Both the position numbers and the translations under genes were made by a program. The notes beneath the pieces were generated by a model, which was not told the origin of the DNA, did no database searches, and worked only from the letters and a program-made list of their open reading frames with translations. A DNA stretch of 64,000 nucleotides. Origin: Pigmentiphaga sp. Its GTDB lineage: Bacteria > Pseudomonadota > Gammaproteobacteria > Burkholderiales > Burkholderiaceae_B. Each line of letters starts with the position of its first letter. Positions within the stretch are counted from its first letter, which is position 1. This document shows, in pieces, positions 43,982 to 54,000 of this stretch. The DNA lies in NCBI RefSeq assembly GCF_033795525.1, contig NZ_JARYGM010000001.1:206614-270613 (forward strand). The letters are read 5' to 3'.

Positions 43982-45234
43982 GCTTTCTCCAGCGATTTGA
44001 TACCCCGGTCAGGACTGATCCAGCGCGCGCGCCGCCGCCGGATCTTGAGCATGACCTTGGGAAAGCTGACGAGCGATGTGAAGAGGCTGAGCATCCAATA
44101 GGCCAGCGGATACCACACCACCCAGTACAGCGCGCCGGCCAGGCGAGGCTCGTAGCGCCGGTCGATGAAAATACTGAGGGCGAACTGCAGCAGGCATGCC
44201 ATGGCCAGCACCAACCCGGTGAAGGCCGGCGGCATCAAGGTCTCGATGTGGATATGCGGCGGCAACTCGATGAACTTGCCCAGGGCCCACAGGACGATGG
44301 ACATCGCGAACGCGAAGGCCCAGAACGTCGAAAGGCAGAACTCCGCGACCAGCGGCCACAACCGCCGGTGGCGCCACGTCCATATCGAACGCACGTTCTT
44401 GAGGAAGACTTCCGCCCCGCCCTGCGCCCAGCGCAGCCGCTGCTTCCACAACCCGCGCAGGGTCTCAGGCATCAGGATCCAGCACAGCGCCCGGGGCTCG
44501 TAGAAAATGGACCAGTGATCACGCTGCAGTTTCCAGCTGATGTCGATGTCCTCGGTCACCATGTCGAGGCTCCAGTACCCGACGCGGTCCAGTGCCTGCC
44601 GCCGGAACGCCGCCACCACGCCGGACACGGTGAACACCTGTCCGTACACACGCTGGGTCCGCTTGATCAGGCCGATGATGGACGAGAACTCGCCCACCTG
44701 CACGCGCCCGATCAGCGTCGACCGCGTACGCACGCGCGGATTGCCGGTGACCGCGCCGACCCGCGGATGCGCGATCAGCGGATGGACCAGATAGGACACC
44801 GCGTCCGGCGCCAGCACGGCATCCCCGTCTATGCATACCAGGTAGTCGCTGCGGGCCGCCAGCGCGTCCAGCATCGGCGCCGTCCCGTCCTTGGAGCCGT
44901 CATTGATGGCAATGACTTCGAGGTTCGGATAGTTCTGGCCCAATGCCGCCAGTACGGTTTCTTCGCCGTTCTCTTCTTCGTTGAAGCAGGGAATGAGAAT
45001 GGTGACCAGCGGATTGCCCGGCAGCTCGGGCACGGCACCCGGCTCGTCCCAACGCCAGCGCCTCTCCAGGCGCAGCCAGAAGTACAGGCCGCCCGACATC
45101 CACAGCCCCGACATGAACAGCGGGTAGAAGAAGACGAAGTCGAGCAGGAAGTCCCCGGTCACGGCAAGAGCGATACAGAACGGCAGGATCAAGACCGCGG
45201 CCAGGATGAAGGAAGCTAGGATTCGGTCTTTCAT
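43978..45234 (-). CDS. pgaC: PNAG synthase PgaC (GT2), with an internal in-frame gap of about 27 aa
   Basis: [59 protein letters not shown] and QRLRWAQGG. The segment containing the N-x-GKA-x-ALN motif is absent. Confidence 0.9.
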   Translation of the reverse strand: [418 protein letters not shown]

Positions 45235-47243
45235 CGGTAGGGATACCAGGCGTTGGACAACACGGGACGGATGGTCTCCAGGCGCGGCTGATCCTGAGAG
45301 AAATCGTCGGGGTAATAGCCGAAATGGACAGCACCACGGCGCTGCAGGCGCTTCATCCAATCGGCCAGCAATACGGAGTCGATGGGCGCGCCCGCTCCGC
45401 GCCAGTCGCGGCTCTGCAATTCGAAGACGGTCTTGCCGAGCGCGCCAGGGCGCTTGGCGACCTCATCGACCAAGCGATCGAGCCAGGCGCTGGCTTGCGA
45501 GGACGGCACTTCTTCCATGAACGGCATTGCCATGGGCGCAGTCCAGTCGTAGGCGGCGAGGAAATCGTCGAGGTTCTGCGCGAACCACGCTTCGGACTCG
45601 GGATTCAGGATGGGACCGGCGAAGATGTTCCGGGCGGTCAGCACCTGCGGTCCGCGCACCGCCCGCACGCGTGCCGTCAACTCGGCGGTGAAGTCCACGA
45701 GGTAGCGGCTCTTGAAGCGGGTCCATTTCCACAAGGTCGTGGCATCGGCGCGCAAGGCCTCGATCGAGTCCGGTAGGCCCGCAGCACGGTAAGCCGCCAG
45801 CGCCGGCGCGCTCGCATCCTCGTAGTCGGACAGGACGGCGTCGTCGTGGAACAGGATGCCGTCGAACACCGCGTAGCGCGCCAGGTCTTCATACAGTTCG
45901 CCTATCCTGGCCCGCACCTGGGGCGAGAATGGCGACAGCCGGCGGTACTGGTCCGGATCGATGGCGGCGCCTACCTGCGGATTCCATCGCGTCACCCGGG
46001 GCAGAGAGGGATCGAGGTCGAACGAGAGCACCGGCATCCAGGCGAATATCTGCACGTGGGCACGATTGCGCAGTTGCCAGGCCGCTCGGTTGAACAGGTC
46101 GGCCCGCATGGGGAGCACGCGATTGGGGAAGTACACCGATTTCACCAGCCCGTCGCCCACGGGATCGGCGTAGGCCTGCAGGAACACGGCCGAGATCTGC
46201 ATGTCGGCAATGCGTTGCACGAGCGCTCCGAGATTCCGGTCGGTCTGGGCCGGGTCGGGATCGTAGACATAGTCCAGGTCGACATGCGCGACGCGCATCT
46301 TGTCGAGCTCCTGCACGTCGACGATCGCGCTCGCAACGTTGCGCAGCGAGGCTTCTCCGGACAACAGCACGCGCGGGGTCGACATCAGGCGGTCGATGCG
46401 GCCCAGGCCGCTTTCCAGCGTGAGTGCCATGTCGTAGCCGTTATCCCCGACGATCTTCAGCGCCACGCCGCTGGCGGCGCCGTAGGGCCAGACCCACACC
46501 CGGGGCGGCTTGCCCGTCACGCGGCGGATCTTCTCGGTAATGCGCGCCGTGTCGCGGGCCATGCGCTCCTGGTACTGGGCCGGCGATTCGTATTTCGCGG
46601 CTACGGGGTCGTAGACCAACGTGGCCGCCGCAGGCTGTTCGCTGCCCTGCGGGTTGGCCTGCACCCCGTAATGCAGGTTGTCGGTATGGGCGCCGATCTC
46701 GACCACCCCGGAACGCGCAAGCTCGGCGACCTGCTCCCAGGTGAGGAATTTGTCGCGCGGCGCAGGCTGGCCGCCGAAGTTCACCTCCTGATCGGCAGGC
46801 GTATCGATCCAGGCGCCGACGGGCGCGAGCACCGCGGGCCAGCCATAGGCCTTGAGTACGGGAAACACCCGCGTATAAAAGCTGCTGTAGCCGTCATCGA
46901 AGCTCAGCAGGACCGCCCGCGGCGGCAACGGCGTCCCGCCCCGGCGGGCTTCCAGGATCTGGTCCACCGATACCGCGCGGTAGCCGTTCTCGCGCAGCCA
47001 GGCCAGCTGCGCAATGAGTTGGTCGGTACGCACCGACAGGTAGGTCTGGTCGGGCTCGCTGTCCTCGACGTCGTGATAGGCCAGGGTCAGCAGCTGGTTT
47101 TTCGGCCAGGGCTGGTCCGCGGCCGCGACCGGCCGCTCGGCAGGGGGAACGAACAGGGGAATGTCCTTGGCACAACCGGCCAGCACGGCGCAGGCCGTGA
47201 TCAGGAACCAGCCCAGTATCAGGCGGAAACGAATTCTGCACAT
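45231..47243 (-). CDS. pgaB: PNAG N-deacetylase lipoprotein PgaB
   Basis: Lipobox LAGC, LSFDDGYSSFYTRVFPVLKAYGWPAVLAPVG and GAHTDNLHYG. About 670 aa, as in E. coli PgaB. Confidence 0.9.
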   Translation of the reverse strand: MCRIRFRLILGWFLITACAVLAGCAKDIPLFVPPAERPVAAADQPWPKNQLLTLAYHDVEDSEPDQTYLSVRTDQLIAQLAWLRENGYRAVSVDQILEARRGGTPLPPRAVLLSFDDGYSSFYTRVFPVLKAYGWPAVLAPVGAWIDTPADQEVNFGGQPAPRDKFLTWEQVAELARSGVVEIGAHTDNLHYGVQANPQGSEQPAAATLVYDPVAAKYESPAQYQERMARDTARITEKIRRVTGKPPRVWVWPYGAASGVALKIVGDNGYDMALTLESGLGRIDRLMSTPRVLLSGEASLRNVASAIVDVQELDKMRVAHVDLDYVYDPDPAQTDRNLGALVQRIADMQISAVFLQAYADPVGDGLVKSVYFPNRVLPMRADLFNRAAWQLRNRAHVQIFAWMPVLSFDLDPSLPRVTRWNPQVGAAIDPDQYRRLSPFSPQVRARIGELYEDLARYAVFDGILFHDDAVLSDYEDASAPALAAYRAAGLPDSIEALRADATTLWKWTRFKSRYLVDFTAELTARVRAVRGPQVLTARNIFAGPILNPESEAWFAQNLDDFLAAYDWTAPMAMPFMEEVPSSQASAWLDRLVDEVAKRPGALGKTVFELQSRDWRGAGAPIDSVLLADWMKRLQRRGAVHFGYYPDDFSQDQPRLETIRPVLSNAWYPYR

Positions 47244-47254
47244 TGCTGCTTCTC

Positions 47255-49576
47255 TCAGAACCGGAAGATCACGTCGGCGACAATGCGCCATTCGTGTTCG
47301 CGGGTGCCGTCGTAAGGGCGCGTGATGCCCGATACGGTGGCGCCCACCTCGAAGACGTCATTGGTGCGGTAGCGCTGTCCATAGCTGATCAGCCCGACCG
47401 CCCCCGTGCCATAGTCGCGCTGGGTGTAGCTTCCCGCAGCCACGGTGGCCTCCTGTTCCCACACCGTCTCGTAGCGGCGGTGCAGGATATGGGTGACCGT
47501 CACCGACGGCAGGAACACCAGATCGCGGCTAGGGTTGAAGTACGGCGCGTCGGTCCGCGTATTGCGCGATGCCGACAGCTCCAGGCCGAGGTCGACCTTC
47601 AGATGCGGGCGGGTATAAAGACGCTCGCTTCCGGTCAGCGCGGCGGACAACCGGTTATTGCCGTCGCTGAAGCGCGAGGGCGTGAGTGCCAGCGTCCACT
47701 CGCGCCGCTCGCTCTGGCGCCATCGCACATAGCCCTGAAGCGCGTTGGACGAAATGTTGTGGCTCAGGGCGCGCAGCGGCGTATCACGCGAACGCAGGCT
47801 GGCCTCGCCGCCGATCTGCCAGTGGTCGTCGATGTCGTACGCGACCGAGGCACGTGCGCCCTGCTTGGCGCCGAAACCATAGTGGTTGACGGACAGCTCG
47901 GCTTCGGCCGTCAGGTCGCGGCCCCGATACTCGAGGCCGCCCCGCAGCCAGCGCGATGTGCCCCGGCCCTCGATGAACTTGCCGGTGGCATAGCCGCCGC
48001 CGCCGAAGGCGCGCCAGTTGTATTGCAGCGGCGCGGAGTACAGGACCGAGTCGAAGCCATAGCTGCCGCTGCCGGCCACCGGGCTGTCCGATGAGAAGCC
48101 ACGATAGGCCGAGGTTCGCCATTCCGCCTTGTTGTGGACTTGCCAGACACGCGCCAGCCGCTGCGCCCTTAGATTCTCGGGAAAACGCGCCATGGTGTCT
48201 GCGCTGAGCAATTCGGCCTGCCGCCATTCCTGCAGGTCCATCGCGGTGAATCCCTGGCCGGATTCCACGTCCAGGCCCCGCGGCGCCAGCGCCTCGGCCA
48301 GCTTGTATTCCGATTCGGCACGGCGCGGCCATCCGCGGCCCAGGTAGACCGTAGCAAGCGAGGTGCGCAGGCCTGAATTGTCGGGGGCGAGGTCGACCCA
48401 CTCGCTCAGGCGCTTTTCGGCCTCGACGGTATCGTCGCCATAGTAGTAGGCCATGGCGGCCGTCTCGTCGGCCAGCAAGCGCGGATCGTTGGGCAGACGC
48501 TCGGGATTCCCGACCAGGTAGCGCCAAGTCGAGTAGCCGGCCGGCGCACCATCGGCCGATGCCAGCGCGGGGCCAAAGGATTCTTCCTCTATGTGCGCAT
48601 ACAGCAGCCCGGTTTCATTGGCCAGGCGCATTTCCTCGTCCAGCCCCTTGCCGCCGTTCCTGACGAGCCGGTCATAGATTTCGCGGGCCGCTTCCGGACG
48701 CCGCAGGTACAGATAAGCCGAAGCCACGTCACCCAGGGCGTAATCCGGTACCTCCACGCCTTCGGCGCGCAGCGCCTCGTATTCGGCCACGACTTCGCCC
48801 ATGCGGACTCGCGCGTGCAGCGCCTGCAGGCGGTCGATGCGGGCACGCCGCACATCGGCGGCGGCCTCTTCGCCCAGCGCCTGCCAGGCAGGAATCAATT
48901 GCGCGTAACGTGCCAGGGCGCGGTCGGCCACTGCGAACCGTTCCGCTTCGCCACGCGATGGCAGCGACGAAAGGCGCGCCAGTTCCGCGGCTGCGTCGCC
49001 CTCGAGCTGCCGCATCTGCGACTCGTTCAACAACCCCGGGTGCTGCCGCGCCAGGCGCAGCGCCGGTTCGGGCATTGCGGCACGCTGCCAGGAAAGAATG
49101 CGTTCGCGCACGACGTAAGGACGCTGCGGCGCAAGTTCGTAGGCTCTGTCGACTTCGCTCAGGGCTGCATAGGGCCCCTCGGCCCGCAGGTACGCATAGC
49201 CGAGCGCAAGGTGATTGTCAGGGTCGGCCGGATTGCGCTGGACCAGGGCCCGGCCCCGGCGCACCGCTTCCTCGGCCTGGCCCGCGTCGGCCAGCGTCAT
49301 GACCTCGCCCTGTTCGAACGAAGCAACGCCGGGATAGCGCCTCGCCCCTTCGCGAAAAAGATCGAGGGCCGCATCCCAACGCTGCGCATCCCGGTGCGAA
49401 CGTGCCTGCGTCAAGAGCGGCTCGTAGGAGGCCTGCTGGGCATGGACCATGGGAGGAGCGGCCAATAGCAAGGCCAAGGAAACGCTAAGTGCGGCACGCC
49501 GAGGCAGATCAGGAAATCTGCGCGCACGACAGCCCGCCGATACAGCCGCAATGGGCTCGTCGGGTAAGAACGACAT
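47255..49576 (-). CDS. pgaA: PNAG export porin PgaA (TPR plus beta-barrel)
   Basis: Signal peptide ...PPMVHA|QQ, N-terminal TPR-like repeats, a C-terminal barrel ending ...ADVIFRF, and its position upstream of pgaBCD. Confidence 0.85.
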   Translation of the reverse strand: MSFLPDEPIAAVSAGCRARRFPDLPRRAALSVSLALLLAAPPMVHAQQASYEPLLTQARSHRDAQRWDAALDLFREGARRYPGVASFEQGEVMTLADAGQAEEAVRRGRALVQRNPADPDNHLALGYAYLRAEGPYAALSEVDRAYELAPQRPYVVRERILSWQRAAMPEPALRLARQHPGLLNESQMRQLEGDAAAELARLSSLPSRGEAERFAVADRALARYAQLIPAWQALGEEAAADVRRARIDRLQALHARVRMGEVVAEYEALRAEGVEVPDYALGDVASAYLYLRRPEAAREIYDRLVRNGGKGLDEEMRLANETGLLYAHIEEESFGPALASADGAPAGYSTWRYLVGNPERLPNDPRLLADETAAMAYYYGDDTVEAEKRLSEWVDLAPDNSGLRTSLATVYLGRGWPRRAESEYKLAEALAPRGLDVESGQGFTAMDLQEWRQAELLSADTMARFPENLRAQRLARVWQVHNKAEWRTSAYRGFSSDSPVAGSGSYGFDSVLYSAPLQYNWRAFGGGGYATGKFIEGRGTSRWLRGGLEYRGRDLTAEAELSVNHYGFGAKQGARASVAYDIDDHWQIGGEASLRSRDTPLRALSHNISSNALQGYVRWRQSERREWTLALTPSRFSDGNNRLSAALTGSERLYTRPHLKVDLGLELSASRNTRTDAPYFNPSRDLVFLPSVTVTHILHRRYETVWEQEATVAAGSYTQRDYGTGAVGLISYGQRYRTNDVFEVGATVSGITRPYDGTREHEWRIVADVIFRF

Positions 49577-49901
49577 TGAACGTCTCGTTGAAGAAATGCT
49601 CCGCCGGCCGGCGGGATGCCGACCGCTTCGCGTTGTCTTTGTTAGTCTTTAAGATGAACGCCGGCGCGGATGCCGCTCAAGCGAGCGGACGCAGTCTTCT
49701 TGTCGCCATCTCTTCCACGACTACATTCTCGACAAGCCCGGACAAAACTTGAAAGCAATGTTCAGGCTTGTTGACGATGCTGCAACCGTGCCGTGCCGCA
49801 GGACACGATACGAGGAGGCGCAAGCATAACTAAACGTATCTGGAATTGTCTACTGGAAAAGATGCCGCCCCACAACACTTGGATGCTGCGGGGGGATGAG
49901 G

Positions 49902-49925
49902 CGGCTCCTCCGGATGGAGGAGCCG
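49902..49925 (-). terminator. 10-bp GC hairpin downstream of pstB
   Basis: CGGCTCCTCC-GGAT-GGAGGAGCCG lies 23 nt beyond the pstB stop. No U tract. Confidence 0.3.
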
Positions 49926-49947
49926 ACGCAGCCGGAGCCGCGGTTTT

Positions 49948-50724
49948 TCAGCCGAAACGGCCAGTGATGTAGTCTTCGGTCGCTTTCTTGGTCGGCTTGA
50001 TGAAGATCTCATCGGTCACGCCGAACTCGACCAGCTCGCCCAGGTACATGTACGCCGTGTAGTCCGAGCAACGCGCGGCCTGCTGCATGTTGTGCGTCAC
50101 GATGACGACCGTGTAGTCGTTTTTCAGTTCGGCGATGAGCTCTTCGATCTTGGCGGTGGAGATCGGGTCCAGGGCGGAACACGGTTCATCCAGCAACAGC
50201 ACTTCCGGCTTGATCGCAATGCCCCGCGCAATGCACAGGCGCTGCTGCTGGCCACCGGACAGGCTGTGCCCGCTCTGGTGCAGCTTGGTCTTGACCTCTT
50301 CCCAAAGAGCGGCCTTGGTCAGCGCCCACTCCACCCGTTCATCCATTTCGCCCTTGCTGAGGTTCTCGAACAAGCGCACGCCGAAGGCGATGTTGTCGTA
50401 GATGCTCATCGGGAACGGCGTGGGCTTCTGGAACACCATCCCGACCTTGGCGCGGATCAGCGAGATGTCCATCTTCGAAGCCAGCAGGTTCTCGCCGTCC
50501 ATGTTGATCTGCCCTTCGGCCCGCTGCTCGGGATAGAGCTCGAACATGCGGTTGAACGTACGCAGCAGCGTCGACTTGCCGCAGCCCGATGGCCCGATGA
50601 AGGCCGTGACCTTCTTCTCGGGGATCCTCAGGTTGATATTGCGCAGGGCGTGGAACTTGCCGTAGTAGAAGTTCAGGTTCTTGACTTCCAGCTTGGGGTT
50701 CGAGATCTCGGCGATGTTTTCCAT
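49948..50724 (-). CDS. pstB: phosphate ABC transporter ATP-binding protein PstB
   Basis: [25 protein letters not shown] and [16 protein letters not shown]. Near-universal PstB sequence. Confidence 0.97.
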   Translation of the reverse strand: MENIAEISNPKLEVKNLNFYYGKFHALRNINLRIPEKKVTAFIGPSGCGKSTLLRTFNRMFELYPEQRAEGQINMDGENLLASKMDISLIRAKVGMVFQKPTPFPMSIYDNIAFGVRLFENLSKGEMDERVEWALTKAALWEEVKTKLHQSGHSLSGGQQQRLCIARGIAIKPEVLLLDEPCSALDPISTAKIEELIAELKNDYTVVIVTHNMQQAARCSDYTAYMYLGELVEFGVTDEIFIKPTKKATEDYITGRFG

Positions 50725-50760
50725 GGCGTATCCGATAGTGTCGCTTCGATGTCCGCGGGC

Positions 50761-51618
50761 TCAGGCGGCCTGCTTGCGGAACATGATTCGGGCAATGATG
50801 TTGATGGCCAGCACGAGCAGCGTGATCAGCGTCGCGCCAGCCCACGCGAGGCGCTGCCAGTCGGCGAACGGGCTCATCGCGAACTGGAAGATCGTGACGG
50901 GCAGGTTGGCCATGGGCGCGTTCATGTCGAACGACAGAAACTGGTTGTTCAGAGCGGTGAACAGCAGCGGCGCCGTTTCGCCCGCGATGCGCGCCACAGC
51001 CAGCAGGATCCCGGTGATGATGCCCGAGCGCGCTGCCCGATAGCACACCATGGTGATCATCTTCCAGTGCGGGCACCCCAGCGCGATGCAGGCTTCGCGC
51101 AGGCTGTTGGGCACGAGTTTGAGCATGTCGTCGGTGGTGCGGACGACGACCGGGATGACGATGACCGCCAGCGCCAGCGTGCCGGCCCAGCCGGAAAAGT
51201 GCTGGATGTGAGCAACGAACACAGTGTAGATGAACAGGCCGATCACGATGGACGGCGCCGACAGCAGCACGTCGTTGATGAAGCGCGTGGCCGGCGCCAG
51301 CCAGCCGCGCTGGCCGTACTCGGCAAGATAGGTCCCGGCCAGGATGCCGATGGGCGTGCCGATCATCGTACCGAGGCCGGCCATCAGGACACTGCCTACC
51401 AGCGCGTTGAGCAGGCCGCCGTCCTGGCCCGGCGGGGGCGTGATCTCGGTAAACAGCGAAAGCGAGATCGCCGCCGCGCCCTTGGACAAGAGCGTCAGGA
51501 TGATCCAGAACAGCCAGAAGAGTCCGAACAGGAGCGCTATGGCCGACAAGGTCAACATCACCTTGTTGACGACGCGGCGCCGCCGGTAGACCGAGTTCTG
51601 CATGGTAATGACGGACAT
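50761..51618 (-). CDS. pstA: phosphate ABC transporter permease PstA
   Basis: Six-TM permease with an EAA-like motif. Third position in the pstSCAB order. Confidence 0.9.
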   Translation of the reverse strand: MSVITMQNSVYRRRRVVNKVMLTLSAIALLFGLFWLFWIILTLLSKGAAAISLSLFTEITPPPGQDGGLLNALVGSVLMAGLGTMIGTPIGILAGTYLAEYGQRGWLAPATRFINDVLLSAPSIVIGLFIYTVFVAHIQHFSGWAGTLALAVIVIPVVVRTTDDMLKLVPNSLREACIALGCPHWKMITMVCYRAARSGIITGILLAVARIAGETAPLLFTALNNQFLSFDMNAPMANLPVTIFQFAMSPFADWQRLAWAGATLITLLVLAINIIARIMFRKQAA

Positions 51619-51627
51619 CGCGGCTCC

Positions 51628-52569
51628 TTAGGTCCGTGCGCCTTCGCCCCGGGCCAGACGCAGCAGCAACAGCTTGGAGCAGGCCAGAACGATGGTGGTG
51701 ATAAGGAAGAGGATCAGGCCGAGCTCGATCAGTGCCGACAGGTGGACGTCGTCCGAAGCCTCGGCGAACTCGTTGGCCAGGGCGGAGGCGATCGAGTTGC
51801 CCGGCGCGAACAGCGAACTCGAAAGCCTATAGGCGTTGCCGATGACGAAGGTCACCGCCATGGTCTCGCCCAGTGCGCGCCCCAGGCCAAGCATGATGCC
51901 GCCGACCACGCCGACCTTGGTGAAGGGCAGCACGACGCGGGAGACCACCTCCCAGGTGGTCGCGCCGAGCCCGTAGGCCGACTCCTTCAGCAAGGCCGGC
52001 ACCAGCTCGAACACGTCGCGCATGACCGCGGTGATGAACGGGATGATCATGACGGCCAGGATGATGCCGGCGGTGAAGACACCGATACCGAAGGCCGGCC
52101 CCTGGAACAGGATGCCGGCACCCGGGATGTTGCCCAGCGTGGCGATCAGTGCGGGCTGCACGTATTGCTGGAACAGCGGGGCGAAAACGAACAGCCCCCA
52201 CATGCCGTAGATGATGGATGGGATCGCAGCCAGCATTTCGATGGCGGTCCCCAGCGGGCGGCGCAGCCATGCAGGCGACAGTTCTGTCAGGAACAAGGCG
52301 ATACCGAACGAGACCGGCACCGCGATCAAAAGCGCGATGGCCGAGGTGATCAGCGTGCCGATGATGGGCACCAGCGCGCCGTATTCATTGTTGACCGGGT
52401 CCCATTCCGAGGACCACAGGAAAGACAGGCCATACTTTTCGAGCGTGATCTGGCTGCCCAGCACCAGCGATACCAGGATCGCGGCCAGCAGGCTCAGCAC
52501 GGCAAAGGCAAAGAACCGCGTCAGGTTCTTGAACAACGCGTCCATGGCCGCGTTACGGTTTTTTTTCAT
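51628..52569 (-). CDS. pstC: phosphate ABC transporter permease PstC
   Basis: Permease with [18 protein letters not shown]. Second position in the operon. Trimmed to ATG 52569. Confidence 0.9.
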   Translation of the reverse strand: MKKNRNAAMDALFKNLTRFFAFAVLSLLAAILVSLVLGSQITLEKYGLSFLWSSEWDPVNNEYGALVPIIGTLITSAIALLIAVPVSFGIALFLTELSPAWLRRPLGTAIEMLAAIPSIIYGMWGLFVFAPLFQQYVQPALIATLGNIPGAGILFQGPAFGIGVFTAGIILAVMIIPFITAVMRDVFELVPALLKESAYGLGATTWEVVSRVVLPFTKVGVVGGIMLGLGRALGETMAVTFVIGNAYRLSSSLFAPGNSIASALANEFAEASDDVHLSALIELGLILFLITTIVLACSKLLLLRLARGEGART

Positions 52570-52702
52570 CGGGGGCGTATTCCCGGTAACAAGGGGATCA
52601 GAGGACGGATTTCCTCGGCGTACGCCCGAAATGTTATCAAGTACCGCGCTCATGGGTATTTCCGGAAGAGAGGGACGGGTCGGAAAGAGGGCCTGGAGAC
52701 GC

Positions 52703-52737
52703 GAAAAACGGGGCGGACGTTACTCGCCCGGCCCCGC
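52703..52737 (-). terminator. intra-operon hairpin plus U5 after pstS (attenuator)
   Basis: The minus strand reads GCGGGGCCGGGCGAGTAACGTCCGCCCCGTTTTTCGC, 24 nt beyond the pstS stop. Confidence 0.5.
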
Positions 52738-52760
52738 TTCCGGTAGCGATGCCTAGGTGC

Positions 52761-53801
52761 TTAGTACACAGCCTTGCCGCTGGCGTCCTTGATGTCGGAC
52801 TTCCACAGCGCGCGGATCTGGGTGGTCACTTCGTCGGGCAGGGCGACGTAGTCCAGCTCGGAAGCCGACTTCTTGCCGTTCTTGAACGCCCAGTCGAAGA
52901 ACTTCAGCACTTCGGCGCCTTGTTGCGGCTTGTCCTGGACTTTGTGCATCAGGATGAAGGTGGCGCTGGTGATGGGCCAGCTCTTCTCGCCCGGCTCGTC
53001 GTTCAGGATCACGCCCATGCCAGGCGCGCTCTTCCAGTCGGCGTTGGCGGCCGCCGCGGCGAAGGCAGCTTCCTCGGGCTGGACGAACTTGCCGGCCTTG
53101 TTCTGCACCTGGCCGTGCGACAGCTTGTTCTGCTTGGCGTAGGCGTACTCGACGTAGCCGATGGCGCCAGCGAACTGCTTGACGTAGTTGGCCACGCCTT
53201 CGTTGCCCTTGCCGCCCTGGCCGGTGGGCCACTTCACAGCCTTGCCTTCGCCAACCGTGGACTTCCACTCGGGGGAAACCTTGGACAGGTAGTTGGTCCA
53301 GCCGAAGGTCGTGCCCGAGCCGTCCGAACGATGGACGACGATGATGTCGGTCGACGGCAGCGTCACGCCGGGGTTCAGCTTGGCGATGGCTTCATCGTTC
53401 CACTTCTTGACCTTGCCCAGGAAGATGTCGGCCAGCAGGGGGCCGGTGAACTTGAGCTGGCCGGGCTGCACGCCCTGCAGGTTGACCACGGGCACGATGC
53501 CGCCGATCACGGCCGGGAACTGCACCAGGCCGTTCTTGGCCAGGTCGTCGCCGCCCATGGGGTCGTCCGAGGCGCCGAAGTCGACGGTCTTGGCGATGAT
53601 CTGCTTCTGGCCGCCGCCCGACCCGATGGATTGGTAGTTCACGGTGTTGCCGGTAGCGGCCTTGTAGTCGGAAGCCCACTTGGCGTAGATGGGATAGGGG
53701 AAGGAAGCGCCTGCCCCGGTGATGTCGGCGGCGTGCGCGGATAGCGCAGCTACGCCCAGCACGACGCCAACCGAAACTTGCTTGAATACGGATTTCAACA
53801 T
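52761..53801 (-). CDS. pstS: periplasmic phosphate-binding protein PstS
   Basis: Signal peptide, ITGAGASFPYPIYAKWA, YQSIGSGGG, RSDGSGTT and GAIGYVEYAYA. Confidence 0.95.
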   Translation of the reverse strand: MLKSVFKQVSVGVVLGVAALSAHAADITGAGASFPYPIYAKWASDYKAATGNTVNYQSIGSGGGQKQIIAKTVDFGASDDPMGGDDLAKNGLVQFPAVIGGIVPVVNLQGVQPGQLKFTGPLLADIFLGKVKKWNDEAIAKLNPGVTLPSTDIIVVHRSDGSGTTFGWTNYLSKVSPEWKSTVGEGKAVKWPTGQGGKGNEGVANYVKQFAGAIGYVEYAYAKQNKLSHGQVQNKAGKFVQPEEAAFAAAAANADWKSAPGMGVILNDEPGEKSWPITSATFILMHKVQDKPQQGAEVLKFFDWAFKNGKKSASELDYVALPDEVTTQIRALWKSDIKDASGKAVY

Positions 53802-53861
53802 TTGCAGGTCCTCTGCTTTGTGGAGGGGAAACTCACGACATCGACAGATTACGTATCAAAT

Positions 53862-53879
53862 ATGACATGACCATGACAG
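53862..53879 (-). promoter_or_regulatory. Pho box
   Basis: The minus strand reads CTGTCAT-GGTC-ATGTCAT (7-bp direct repeats, 11-bp period), 61-78 nt upstream of the pstS ATG. A further degenerate repeat (TGTCGAT) lies in phase downstream. Confidence 0.65.
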
Positions 53880-54000
53880 TCACACTGCCCCCGGTCCGCC
53901 TCGCTCCGCCAGGCGGCTTGCTGCGCCAATTGGTATACAAAAGTATTTCCCTGAATACCGTCAATCTCGGCCATTGCACCGGTACACGAACCTGGCCGCC

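Noticed and set aside
50092-52746. 884-aa ORF on the + strand spanning pstB-pstA-pstC.
   Set aside because: It is antisense to three strongly conserved genes. The protein is R/G/D/Q/H-rich low complexity with no motifs. This is the typical stop-codon-poor antisense frame of high-GC DNA. The same reasoning applies to 61241-63655 (antisense to ftsH), 53974-56151 (ppk), 39112-41487 (TonB receptor), 45846-47315 (pgaB), 5103-6359 and 6384-7652 (GH13 genes), 29053-30210, 31605-33044 and 56182-57642.
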